From the IMG/VR virus record IMGVR_UViG_3300013126_000009: a DNA stretch of 64,000 bases. One strand, written 5' to 3'. Shown here piece by piece: positions 29,698-39,661 of the stretch. The notes under the pieces were generated by a model. That model was not told the DNA's origin and did no database searches. It worked only from the letters and a program-made list of their open reading frames with translations. A program made the translations under genes and the position numbers. This DNA is from a virus. Taxonomy: Duplodnaviria > Heunggongvirae > Uroviricota > Caudoviricetes. Every line of letters starts with the position of its first letter. Position 1 is the first letter of the stretch.

Positions 29698-29995
29698 TCG
29701 ATTTCATATTGTTTCATGGTTATTAAAAGACATGTTTTGGTGTCTAAAGTTCAGTACTATGGCTATCGTCATGATAGTTCCGACAATTTTGATTAGTATA
29801 TATGTTTTAATTAAACATAAAGCTGAAAGATTAGAAAACGCCATATTAACATCATGGATATCTATGAATATATTTTGGATGTTGCATGAACTAATTGGTA
29901 CATCTTTTATTTTGGTCTATCCACCAATGATTATTGGAGTATTACTGATTATTTTTTTGATGTGGAGGAATTTTCGTCTTTATTTGCATATTTGA
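29678..29995 (+). CDS. Multi-pass membrane protein
   Basis: 3-4 hydrophobic helices; H..SWLLKD..W. Confidence 0.6.
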   Translation: MLDDTSNRFHIVSWLLKDMFWCLKFSTMAIVMIVPTILISIYVLIKHKAERLENAILTSWISMNIFWMLHELIGTSFILVYPPMIIGVLLIIFLMWRNFRLYLHI

Positions 29996-30518
29996 CGCCC
30001 ATTATTGTACCAACAATTGAAAAGGCATTTGTTAATAGGATTCCTAATAGATTTGACCATGTTGAACCTATTATTTGTGTTTCTCGATTTATTACAATTG
30101 CGAATATATAAAGTAATGTTGTTACTATACCAATACCGATAATTACAAATAACGCACCATTTACGATGTTATTAATCATTTCATATTGGTTTTTCTTCTG
30201 TAAGATATCCAAATCGTCCTCAACCGCTTTTTTAGCCTTATGAACATCATCCAAGGATTCTAACAATTCTTTATTAATTCGTTCTATTTCGTCTTTGGCA
30301 TTCTGTAGTTCTTTATTCTGTTCTTGAACCTTTTTGGTTATTTCAAGTCTTTTTTTACGAGTTTCGGTATCTTTTGTTTTACAATCATTAAGATAACTTT
30401 CAAACTCTGAATCACCATCAGTATCGATAATTTTCAATATATTACCTTCAAGGGTAATGTTATGAGTTTTATAGATATCTAAAAGAACAATCTTAGTATC
30501 TTCACTTAATTTGACCAT
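29949..30518 (-). CDS. Coiled-coil protein with two C-terminal TM helices (third gene of the TCS operon)
   Basis: Start overlaps the response-regulator stop. Confidence 0.7.
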   Translation of the reverse strand: MVKLSEDTKIVLLDIYKTHNITLEGNILKIIDTDGDSEFESYLNDCKTKDTETRKKRLEITKKVQEQNKELQNAKDEIERINKELLESLDDVHKAKKAVEDDLDILQKKNQYEMINNIVNGALFVIIGIGIVTTLLYIFAIVINRETQIIGSTWSNLLGILLTNAFSIVGTIMGVKYANKDENSSTSKK

Positions 30519-30949
30519 TATTTATAAACTTTAAATTGTAGTGTTCTGTTCTTATACCCCGCAAAATCTTTTCTAAATTCCTCCAATCTTGGCTCAATCT
30601 CATCAGATTTTATAATCCAGAATTGGGCACCAGCCTTTAATGCTTTTGCTTGTTCCTCAGCTTCATCAGATGAAGAAATTATGCCACACACTACTTCATC
30701 ACCATATTCGAAATTTAATTTACGTATTAACTCTATACCATCAAAAGCTGAACCTATGATATTTAAATCAACAAAAATACATTCAGGTTTTGGTATTTCT
30801 TTATTGAACCATTTCTTAAACAATTCTTCAGCATCTTCAGAGCTTGACAGTGTTGTTAAATTTAATGTTATATCTAACAAACTACAAGCGTCTTCAAATA
30901 CTAAATGAAATAAATTTTCATCATCAACTAACAATATCGATTCTATCAT
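30518..30949 (-). CDS. Single-domain response regulator (receiver)
   Basis: LLVDD, FVDLN (phosphoacceptor), ISSS, IIKS. Confidence 0.88.
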   Translation of the reverse strand: MIESILLVDDENLFHLVFEDACSLLDITLNLTTLSSSEDAEELFKKWFNKEIPKPECIFVDLNIIGSAFDGIELIRKLNFEYGDEVVCGIISSSDEAEEQAKALKAGAQFWIIKSDEIEPRLEEFRKDFAGYKNRTLQFKVYK

Positions 30950-32178
30950 ATTTTTATTTTTATTTTTGAACCACCGTTTTCACTTAAACCACATTCAATA
31001 TCAAAACTATGTTCTTTTATTATAGCTATACAGATATTAAGCCCTAAACCTGTACCTTTTTCTTTATTATTGTTATTTCTAATATATGGTTTAGAATATT
31101 CTTCAAATTGTTCCTGTGTCATACCCCTACCATTATCTTCAATAACAATTGTCCTATCATTTTCTTTATAAATACGAACAATTTTGGACTTACTATCATT
31201 ATATTTCAAACCATTTCTAATTAGATTGTCAATTGCAGTACATATTAAAGCTTCGTTAGCATTTATAACCCCTAACTCACTAATATCAACTTGACTTGCA
31301 TAGGCTGTACTTTTTAAATAAGTCTTTAACACTTCGTCTAATACTATCGGTTTTTTTTCTAGAATGGCATCTTTTTTAACTAAGTTCGTGAACTCTTTAA
31401 CACCAGCATAAACTTTTTGTGCATGTGATAAACCTTCTTCTAATAATTTAAGGGGCGCCTCAATTTTAAGTTCTTTGATTTTATCATCCGTTAATCTTCT
31501 TTTTAATGAATTAAGACCTCTAGGAATGTATGTATTTATACCTGAATGCATATCATGTCTTAATATTTTAGCGGCATGCTCTAAATAAGAATTATTTTTC
31601 TCAATTTCTTGTTGTTGTTTGATTAACTCAGTTATATCATGTCTAACTGAGATATAACCAGTTAACTTACCATTTTGGTCAAACTCAGCTTTAATCCATG
31701 AATCAACAATATATTCATTACCGTTTTTACCCTTATTTATCACAACTTCATTCCATATTGATTTGTACTTAACGGTGGCAATATACATTTGTGTCCAGAA
31801 TTCTTTTGTTTGTTTACCAGAATTTAATACTGAATGGTCTTTACCTAATAACTCGTGGGCTTTATAACCAGAAACTTCACAAAATTTATCATTAACATAG
31901 ATTATTTTACCTTTATTATCAGCTTTTGATATCAATGCAGAATCATTTAATAACGCTTCTGTCGATTTTCGGTTAGCTTTACCCTCTTTGATTATGTCGA
32001 TTAATTCTTTTGTTATTATGAAGAAAGGTAATATAAAGAATATTAAACTTAAATATTCATACCACTCAATCATCTTAGTATGTTCCATGTAATCAAATAA
32101 AACAACCGTTTTGACTATTAAAAAACATAACATAATCAAGGTCGCTATAATACCACTTATTAAAATCTTTAATTTCAT
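30946..32178 (-). CDS. Membrane-anchored PAS-domain histidine kinase
   Basis: 2 TM; PAS (IIYVNDKFCEVSGY..ELLG); H-box LRHD; N-box NLIRNGLKY; DNGRG; GTGLGL. Confidence 0.9.
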   Translation of the reverse strand: MKLKILISGIIATLIMLCFLIVKTVVLFDYMEHTKMIEWYEYLSLIFFILPFFIITKELIDIIKEGKANRKSTEALLNDSALISKADNKGKIIYVNDKFCEVSGYKAHELLGKDHSVLNSGKQTKEFWTQMYIATVKYKSIWNEVVINKGKNGNEYIVDSWIKAEFDQNGKLTGYISVRHDITELIKQQQEIEKNNSYLEHAAKILRHDMHSGINTYIPRGLNSLKRRLTDDKIKELKIEAPLKLLEEGLSHAQKVYAGVKEFTNLVKKDAILEKKPIVLDEVLKTYLKSTAYASQVDISELGVINANEALICTAIDNLIRNGLKYNDSKSKIVRIYKENDRTIVIEDNGRGMTQEQFEEYSKPYIRNNNNKEKGTGLGLNICIAIIKEHSFDIECGLSENGGSKIKIKI

Positions 32179-32273
32179 AATATTTAAATATCTAGATTAT
32201 ACTCTTAAATCCCTTATTTATTACTTTTTTATCTTTTTAAATCTATTTATTAAATGATAAAAGAATTATAATT

Positions 32274-32714
32274 ATGTCAAGTTTCGATGGTTACTTTCCA
32301 ATTATACACACAGCAAGTGGTGCAACACCAGAATGTTATATATATCTTAAAGTATATGGTGGTACTGGTGGTGGTTCGGCAATAATAAATAATTTACCAA
32401 TTAATATCGGTGCTGGTAGCACAATAGACATTACTGTTAAATCAATTACTGGTGTAACTGGTAATGTATATCTTTTAGGTATGAAAAAGAACGTACTTGA
32501 AGGTAGTAATACGTTGGGTGGTTATGGTGACCAAATACCAAACCCAATTACTGGGAAATATGTAGTTACCCCTTGTCGAACAATAGTATTTAATGGTGAT
32601 TTGATTGTAACTGGTACTTTAGAAATAAAACCTAATAGTACCCTCATTATAAATGGTTCATTGACCGATAATGGAACAGTTATAAATAACGGAACAATAA
32701 TAATAAACCCATAA
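32274..32714 (+). CDS. Gly/Thr-rich putative virion protein with beta-helix-like tail
   Basis: Paralog of 33550-33810 with a C-terminal extension. Confidence 0.6.
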   Translation: MSSFDGYFPIIHTASGATPECYIYLKVYGGTGGGSAIINNLPINIGAGSTIDITVKSITGVTGNVYLLGMKKNVLEGSNTLGGYGDQIPNPITGKYVVTPCRTIVFNGDLIVTGTLEIKPNSTLIINGSLTDNGTVINNGTIIINP

Positions 32715-32723
32715 AAAGAAAAA

Positions 32724-33353
32724 ATGAGCGGAATATATCAAAAACAAGTAAATTCAGGGACAGTAGCTTCGCCAAGTGCTGGTAGAACATTAATTTCAGT
32801 AAATGACTCAGGAGAATTATTCACCAAAGATAGTAGTGGTAATGTGTCGATAACTCAACCTAAATTCGTAACAGTAGAAACAGCACATTCAGTTGATATA
32901 GAGTCATTACTTGCAGCAATAAGCGCTGACCCATTCGATGTTGAGCTTTGGAAAGCATCATTTTCTGTTAGCTTCTATGACGGTACAGTATTGAGTGGTA
33001 TTTATGAGACCGTTGGTGATTTTTCAACTGAAGTATCATATAGTGGTATTATTGGGCTATCACCAAGTGATGATGAAACCTATAAAGAGTTATTAATAAC
33101 ATCAGCACTTTTTAAACCAACTGGTGGTGAGCAACTTGGTGGTATTCAAATGTCACATAATATTAAAATAGGTGGATTTCAAAATATCGAGATTACATAT
33201 AGATATGAAGAGAATCCAGATGCTACTGGGTCTGATGGTAAATATCTTCATAGTTTTAAAATAATAATAGAAACAAATACTATACTTGGATATGTAGAAA
33301 TATATGCTGATGATACTGAGTCTCATCAGTTTATATTTGATGGTATTAGTTAA
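32724..33353 (+). CDS. Putative virion (fiber/decoration-like) protein
   Basis: SPSAGRT...LFTKDSSG N-terminal motif typical of fiber-type proteins. Confidence 0.45.
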   Translation: MSGIYQKQVNSGTVASPSAGRTLISVNDSGELFTKDSSGNVSITQPKFVTVETAHSVDIESLLAAISADPFDVELWKASFSVSFYDGTVLSGIYETVGDFSTEVSYSGIIGLSPSDDETYKELLITSALFKPTGGEQLGGIQMSHNIKIGGFQNIEITYRYEENPDATGSDGKYLHSFKIIIETNTILGYVEIYADDTESHQFIFDGIS

Positions 33354-33549
33354 CCGATTTAAAAATTTGAATAAAATGATAGAAAAGATAAAAGAAGCCG
33401 CAAAGAAAGTGAATGAGGCAAAACGAAAATCTGTAAAAGAGAATATTCCAATGTCAGAAGCATTGAAGCAAGTATTTAATACCAATTAACTTATTCTTTG
33501 TTTTTTTAATGTCTGATTCATATTTATATATGATAAAAGAATTATAATT

Positions 33550-33810
33550 ATGTCAAGTTTCCACGGTTATTTCCCAATAATGCACCCAGCAAGTGGGTCC
33601 ACACTAAGCGCATTTACTTATTTACAAGTATATGGTGGTACTAGTGGTGGTACAGCAACCTTAAATGGTACACCAGTTAATATAGCAGCTGGAAGTACTA
33701 TTGATTTGGTGGTTAAAACCATAAGTGGTATCAGTGGTGATATCTATCTATTAGGTATGCGAAAGAACGTATTGGTGGGTAGTGGAGTATTAGGCGGATA
33801 TGGCGGATAA
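33550..33810 (+). CDS. Gly/Thr-rich putative virion protein
   Basis: MSSFHGYFPIMHPASG; ATATTTAT at 33520. Confidence 0.65.
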   Translation: MSSFHGYFPIMHPASGSTLSAFTYLQVYGGTSGGTATLNGTPVNIAAGSTIDLVVKTISGISGDIYLLGMRKNVLVGSGVLGGYGG

Positions 33811-33841
33811 AATAATTAAACGAAAAAAATAAATTAATTAA

Positions 33842-34666
33842 ATGAAAAATAATAGCATTAACCCAACAACCCTTAAAGGTAAAGAAAAGACTCAAAGAAT
33901 GCTTGAACTTATGGGTCAAACTATGATAAAAGAAAATGTTGACCGTTCAGTTATTGAACTAACTAAAAGGGGTCCAGATGGTAAAATCTATGGTATTATC
34001 AGAGAAAATCATGAGTATTACATTAAGATTGCCGAAGGTACTGAAAATCTAACAAAGGATAGTTTCAAGTATATTGGTGGTCTTAAAAATAAAAAAGATT
34101 TTGCTTACCCATCATATGCGAAAGCTATTAAACATTTGAACTATAAATTCAAGTCCCTTGATGAATCTTTGGGTGTTAAATCAAATATAAATGTATTTGA
34201 AAATGATAATTTGGTAACCGAACACCATCCTTATAAAGCTGACCAAAAATTGTCAGCAACAAAGGGTATGGGTGATGGTCAAGAATATATTGTTGATAAA
34301 AAAGGTGCTGAACTTTCATTTAAAAATAAAGAAGGTAAAGCTGAAGACGGTTTCGGTGATAATGTAGCTGAAAAGGATGTGATGGATGAATTTGAAGGGG
34401 TTACACTATCTGAAAACGAATCTAAGATTGACGAAATGATTACTGGTAAAATAAATCGAAGAGTAACTATATCAGAAGATGACGTTAGAGTTTCAAAACC
34501 ATTAAGTATTCTTAGGGGTATTGACGTAATCGATGAGGCTATTTCTAAAGCTACTGGTGAGAAGAAGCTTGAAGAAATGGCTATAGCAACGGAACTTCTT
34601 AAAAAATTCTCTAAAGATGAAGTGATTTCAATCTTAGAAAATGTAACTGGAAAAAAAAAAGTCTAA
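33842..34666 (+). CDS. Hypothetical head-associated protein; possible frameshift fusion with the next ORF
   Basis: Ends GKKKV on an A10 run; several x-x-E motifs. Confidence 0.7.
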   Translation: MKNNSINPTTLKGKEKTQRMLELMGQTMIKENVDRSVIELTKRGPDGKIYGIIRENHEYYIKIAEGTENLTKDSFKYIGGLKNKKDFAYPSYAKAIKHLNYKFKSLDESLGVKSNINVFENDNLVTEHHPYKADQKLSATKGMGDGQEYIVDKKGAELSFKNKEGKAEDGFGDNVAEKDVMDEFEGVTLSENESKIDEMITGKINRRVTISEDDVRVSKPLSILRGIDVIDEAISKATGEKKLEEMAIATELLKKFSKDEVISILENVTGKKKV

Positions 34667-34686
34667 ACGAAACTAAAGCTGACGGA

Positions 34687-36051
34687 ATGTCAACTGGACT
34701 GTTCTCAGAAGAAGAGGATGGTTATACTTTAGAAGAAACAAAATACACACTTAAAGTTGATGCTCCAGCATCAGAACCCGTATCCGAACCAGATGAATCT
34801 GATTCGGATTTTGGTTTTGGCGGTGATTCTGAAGGCGAGTCATTTGGTGATGAGAAAGAACCAACAAACGACAAACCATTCGATGACGAACCTTTTGACG
34901 CTGGTGTTGAGGCTGACGAAGATGAAGACCCAAAAAAATTCATTCAGCAGTTGGCTGGAAAGATTGGTCAATCACTTAGAGATTATGAGAAAGGGTTAAC
35001 TGAACCAGATTTTGAATTGGAAAAGTTTGTAATAAACTCAGTAATTTCTGCAACCAACACATCTGAAATGGATAAGGAAGACCAAGAAGATATTATTAAG
35101 AAAGTTGAGACCAGTGGTAATGATTTTGATTCAAAATCAAATGATGATGATATGACTGACGATTCAGAAGATACTGAAGAGGTTGATGTTGAGGTTAAAG
35201 ATAAAGAATCTTTGGATGAGGTTTCTTTGGGTGATGACATTGAAGAGACATTTAAAGAATGGTCAAAACCAATGACATTAAAAGAGTCTGTAATCGTTTC
35301 TGACGGCCTTAAATATCATTTGGATAATAAGATACCATTGGGTGAATCTATGTTCAGATATGGCTCTGAAAAATACGTATATCTACTAAAAGAGGTTAAA
35401 TCATTATATGATAATGGTTTAATAACTCTTAATGAGAATGATGAGTTTATTGTTAATAGTGCAATGCCAAAAGTTGCAATGGTGAATGGGGAAGAAATTT
35501 TATTGAATACAATATACGAAGAGGTTATTGATGAATCTGATTTTATCAATGAATTAGATGATGTTGTTGCTAACTTACCTAGTTTCACACAATTAGCTGC
35601 GTTAGGTGCCCCAATGTTAGCTTTAATCATTAGAGATATTCTGAAAGGTGAAAAAAAAGCCGCAAAAGAAAAATTAGAAAAAGGTTTAGATAAAGAAAAC
35701 AATGATACTGTGGTTGAATCGATGTTAAATGATTTAACAACATTATTAACAGAAGCTGAGTATAAAGGTAAAAAGGTTGAGTTGAATAAACCAAAAAGGG
35801 GTGGTTCAAAGAAATTCTATGTATATGTTAGAGACCCAAAATCTGGTAATATAAGAAAAGTTTCTTTTGGTGCTAAATCTGGTGGTGGTAACTTAGCTGT
35901 TAAATTAAAAGACCCAAAAGCTAGAAAAGCCTTTTCTGACAGACATAATTGTCCAGAAAAAACAGATAAGACGACCGCTGGTTATTGGTCATGTGCTTTA
36001 CCAAGATATGCTAAAAGTCTTGGCTTAAGTGGTGGTGGTCGTTATTGGTAA
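34687..36051 (+). CDS. Modular acidic/basic protein (putative head polyprotein)
   Basis: Acidic PFDAGVEADE domain; C-terminal AEYKGKKVELNKP...AGYWSC module after LLTE. Confidence 0.7.
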   Translation: MSTGLFSEEEDGYTLEETKYTLKVDAPASEPVSEPDESDSDFGFGGDSEGESFGDEKEPTNDKPFDDEPFDAGVEADEDEDPKKFIQQLAGKIGQSLRDYEKGLTEPDFELEKFVINSVISATNTSEMDKEDQEDIIKKVETSGNDFDSKSNDDDMTDDSEDTEEVDVEVKDKESLDEVSLGDDIEETFKEWSKPMTLKESVIVSDGLKYHLDNKIPLGESMFRYGSEKYVYLLKEVKSLYDNGLITLNENDEFIVNSAMPKVAMVNGEEILLNTIYEEVIDESDFINELDDVVANLPSFTQLAALGAPMLALIIRDILKGEKKAAKEKLEKGLDKENNDTVVESMLNDLTTLLTEAEYKGKKVELNKPKRGGSKKFYVYVRDPKSGNIRKVSFGAKSGGGNLAVKLKDPKARKAFSDRHNCPEKTDKTTAGYWSCALPRYAKSLGLSGGGRYW

Positions 36052-36067
36052 TTGAAAAAGAAATAAA

Positions 36068-36514
36068 ATGAGTAGAGTTAGTAAAAAGAAATTATATTTA
36101 ATTGAACGTGCAAACAAGAGGGTTTTGGGTGAACCAGAAATGGAATGTCCAAAAGCTACTCAAGATTTAGAATTAAACACTGAAAATAGGGATAAGTCAA
36201 TTAAAGCTGAACATATAAAATATGGTCCAATGAATTTGTCTGATGATAAGTATTGGGAGGATTTGGCTAAACATTGGAAAACTACTGTTGATGTGGCAAA
36301 AAAATCTAAATGTGGTAATTGTGTGGCCTTTGATATTTCACCAAGAATGGATGAATGTATGCCTGGTCCTGTTTCGGATGAGGATGGTCGTTTGGGTTAT
36401 TGCTGGATGCACCATTTCAAATGTCATTCAGCTCGAACGTGTAGGACATGGGCTGCTGGTGGACCAATAAAGGAAGATAAAATATCATATGAGTGGCAAG
36501 AAAAAAATAAATAA
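36068..36514 (+). CDS. Cys-rich metal-binding (HiPIP-like pattern) protein
   Basis: CGNC...C...GYC...C....C..W. Confidence 0.5.
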   Translation: MSRVSKKKLYLIERANKRVLGEPEMECPKATQDLELNTENRDKSIKAEHIKYGPMNLSDDKYWEDLAKHWKTTVDVAKKSKCGNCVAFDISPRMDECMPGPVSDEDGRLGYCWMHHFKCHSARTCRTWAAGGPIKEDKISYEWQEKNK

Positions 36515-36516
36515 CT

Positions 36517-36795
36517 ATGAATCTATTATTTTTAAACCAAAAGACGAATAAACAAAAGATTACTGAATCTTTAAAGAATTTAGACGAAAGTCGAGAACAA
36601 CAAAACTATATGTTTTTTCAAAACGTTAAAACCATTTGTGATGCCGCAAAAGCTATTATGGATATGGATAAAGCTATGGTGGATAACATATTATCAAATG
36701 GTCACGATTGGGCATCAGACCATATTGCAACGTCAAAAGACGATATGGAAGAAGTTTATAATTTTTTAAAAAACAAAATGTCAAATGAACAGTGA
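36517..36795 (+). CDS. Hypothetical protein
   Basis: NYMFFQN...GHDWASDHI. Confidence 0.7.
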   Translation: MNLLFLNQKTNKQKITESLKNLDESREQQNYMFFQNVKTICDAAKAIMDMDKAMVDNILSNGHDWASDHIATSKDDMEEVYNFLKNKMSNEQ

Positions 36796-39661
36796 AAATC
36801 CATATAATGAGGAAAAGGATGAGTTTGGTGTGATAAAAAGAACCTTTTATGAGACAACAGATTCAGATGAATTTGTTTGGCATAGGGATAAAAAAGACCG
36901 TTTGGTCACACCAGTTACTGAAACCGATTGGATGATTCAATTTGATAATGAATTACCAAGAAAAATGGTTATTGGTGAAGCGATTGAGATACCAAAAGAA
37001 TCATATCATAGGGTTATAAAAGGTTCTGGTGATTTAATTGTTGAAATCGAAGAGTTTGATTCAATAGATGAAGCTAAAAAGAAGAAAAGTTCTGGAAAAA
37101 AAGACGCATGTTATTACAAAGTTAAAAGTAGGTACTCGGTCTGGCCATCAGCCTACGGGTCAGGTGCCCTTGTTCAATGTAGAAAAGTTGGTGCGAAAAA
37201 TTGGGGTAATAAAACTAAAGAGGGTGTTGACGAAAATAAAACTGAGTTTCAAAATAAAGCTTTAGATAACATAAATAAATTGGGTGGTTTTGATAATTTA
37301 CCTGATATTGATAAATTAGCTTTATTGGGTGGTACAAACGATAATCGATTAAAGGATTTGAATTTGATTAAAATCTTTAAAGAGAATGGTGGTACTTTTG
37401 GTAAATTCGAGATAAAAGTTAAGGTTAAAGATGAAAATCAACAACCAATTAACCATAAATTCAGTAAAGAATTTGCTGGTAAAGAAGGTTATCTATATCC
37501 GTACATAAATTATACAGAAAATAATCAACCGTATGTTACAGTTAGGTTTGATGAATTTATTTCAAATCCAGATTATAAAGGTGGTGGCTCTTACGAAGAA
37601 AGACCAATTTTCTTAGCAAATATATACCCGATTGATTATGATGAAATCAAAAGTGATTTTGTGAAATATCAAAATAAAGTTGACCAAGACAGAAAAGATT
37701 TTTTAAACCAATTTGGTTTGGATGACATCTATGAAAGTGAATTAGAAGTTTATGAAGCTAAAAAAGAACTTTTTAAAGAAAATATTAAATCTAAATTAAT
37801 TCTGTTGAACGAGATAAGCTCTAATGATGCTTATACTAGATTTTATCGCAGTACTTTTGATGCTGAAAACCCTGATAGGGATAGAGCCATTTATACTAAA
37901 GTAATTCAATTAGACCCAACATTTAACGCCCAAAATGATAAATTAGGTATGTATACCAAATGGTTGTTTAGGAAAGATAATGTTGAGCAACTTAAAAAGA
38001 CCAAAGACGAAGATTTATATAAAATAAAGGGTGACTTGGAGTTTTTCCATAAAGCAAAGACAAAAAATATACTACCACCTGAAAGTAAGGATATTAATAA
38101 GTTTAATATTAAAACGCTTTTGGATTTGGTATTCGATATGGAGAAAAGTGGTGAAGACTTAATGTCAAAAACTGAGAAGGAAAAAGAAATAAAGGGTGAA
38201 GCTGATAAATATGAAACCGTTAATTGGATTATTATTGTACCAAAAACCGAAGAAGCCTCTTGTTTTTATGGTAAAGGTACTAGGTGGTGTACCGCAGCTG
38301 ATAATAACAATATGTTCAATAGCTATAGTTATGACGGACCGTTGTACATATTAATAAATAAACATGATAAATCTGATAAGTATCAGTTTCATTTCGAAAG
38401 TTCTCAGTTTATGGATACTAAAGATTCACCAATCAGTCTTTCAGAATTTATGTATGAGAATTCAGACGTATATGAGTTCTTTCAGTCTCGTGTTGGTGTT
38501 GATTTAGACTTTGAAATAGCCAAGTCATCTCTGGAAAACTATGATGAAGCTGGGTTTCAAGATTTTTATTCTGATGAATTTACCGATGAACAAAAAAGAG
38601 AATTGGTGAAACTAGCATTTGATAAAGATGAGTATTCAGACTCTTTCTATAATGTAAGTAATGTACTTAATTATGTGGATTATCCGAGTTTGAAGTCAGA
38701 TTTCAGGAATTCGTTTATTTGGGGTTTAGAAGTATCACTTGGTAATCGTTATGACGAGGAAAATTATGATGCTAGAATGTTCATTGATTATCTTGGTGGA
38801 TTTAATGATGAAAATATTTCTGTAATTGTAAATGCCGCTGACCTAAAAGACCCTGACCAAATTAATAAACTATTTGACATAGCCTCGGAATATGATGCTG
38901 AAAAATTATTAGCTGATTATTTAGAGGGCGAAGCTGTTGATATCAATTTTGATATGATTGACACACTAAATAATATTAAACAAAAATTTAATTATAGTGA
39001 TTGGGAAAAAACTGTAGAGTCTAAGTTGGTTAAAATTCGTATTAATTCAAGTGATTTGGAAAATGGTACCATTAACGTTACCATAACACCAAAAGATGAA
39101 AAAGGTAACGCAATTACCGACAAGAGTGAACGTGGTAATATAAATTATAAAAATTTAATTAAATATCTGACGATACCACAATTATTTAATGAAGCTAAAA
39201 AAACTGATTTTTCAAAAGAAAAGTCAAAGGGTCTTCATGGTTGGTTTGAAAGACAGGGTGGTAAAGGTAAATCCAAAGGTTGGGTTGATTGTAACACTTG
39301 TAGAAAGGATAAAAAGACTGGTAGAAAAAAGTGTAAACCTTGTGGTCGAAAAGAAGGTGAAAAAAGGTCTAAATATCCAGCATGTAGACCAACGCCTTCA
39401 GCCTGTGGAACCAGAGGTAAGGGTAAAAAGTGGGGTAAAAAGAGTGGTAAACAAAATGAAAATAGAGTACATTTGATAAAGAATATGTTAAACGAAAATT
39501 CAGAAATGTTAGATGTAGTAGAAGTTTTCTCTATTTATAATAAAGATAATAATCATACTGTTGAACCTGATGTTAAACCAGTTGAAAAACCAGTTGAAAG
39601 ACCAGATTCACCGTATGCACCAAAACAAAGACCTAAAACTAAACCAAAGGCTGAAAAATGA
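36785..39661 (+). CDS. 958-aa multidomain polyprotein-like protein
   Basis: Cupin-like (WHRD...YHRVIKG), DACY..WPSAY module, PcfJ-like (CFYGKGTRWCTAA), Cys/Lys-rich GLHGWF..WVDC module. Confidence 0.7.
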   Translation: MNSENPYNEEKDEFGVIKRTFYETTDSDEFVWHRDKKDRLVTPVTETDWMIQFDNELPRKMVIGEAIEIPKESYHRVIKGSGDLIVEIEEFDSIDEAKKKKSSGKKDACYYKVKSRYSVWPSAYGSGALVQCRKVGAKNWGNKTKEGVDENKTEFQNKALDNINKLGGFDNLPDIDKLALLGGTNDNRLKDLNLIKIFKENGGTFGKFEIKVKVKDENQQPINHKFSKEFAGKEGYLYPYINYTENNQPYVTVRFDEFISNPDYKGGGSYEERPIFLANIYPIDYDEIKSDFVKYQNKVDQDRKDFLNQFGLDDIYESELEVYEAKKELFKENIKSKLILLNEISSNDAYTRFYRSTFDAENPDRDRAIYTKVIQLDPTFNAQNDKLGMYTKWLFRKDNVEQLKKTKDEDLYKIKGDLEFFHKAKTKNILPPESKDINKFNIKTLLDLVFDMEKSGEDLMSKTEKEKEIKGEADKYETVNWIIIVPKTEEASCFYGKGTRWCTAADNNNMFNSYSYDGPLYILINKHDKSDKYQFHFESSQFMDTKDSPISLSEFMYENSDVYEFFQSRVGVDLDFEIAKSSLENYDEAGFQDFYSDEFTDEQKRELVKLAFDKDEYSDSFYNVSNVLNYVDYPSLKSDFRNSFIWGLEVSLGNRYDEENYDARMFIDYLGGFNDENISVIVNAADLKDPDQINKLFDIASEYDAEKLLADYLEGEAVDINFDMIDTLNNIKQKFNYSDWEKTVESKLVKIRINSSDLENGTINVTITPKDEKGNAITDKSERGNINYKNLIKYLTIPQLFNEAKKTDFSKEKSKGLHGWFERQGGKGKSKGWVDCNTCRKDKKTGRKKCKPCGRKEGEKRSKYPACRPTPSACGTRGKGKKWGKKSGKQNENRVHLIKNMLNENSEMLDVVEVFSIYNKDNNHTVEPDVKPVEKPVERPDSPYAPKQRPKTKPKAEK

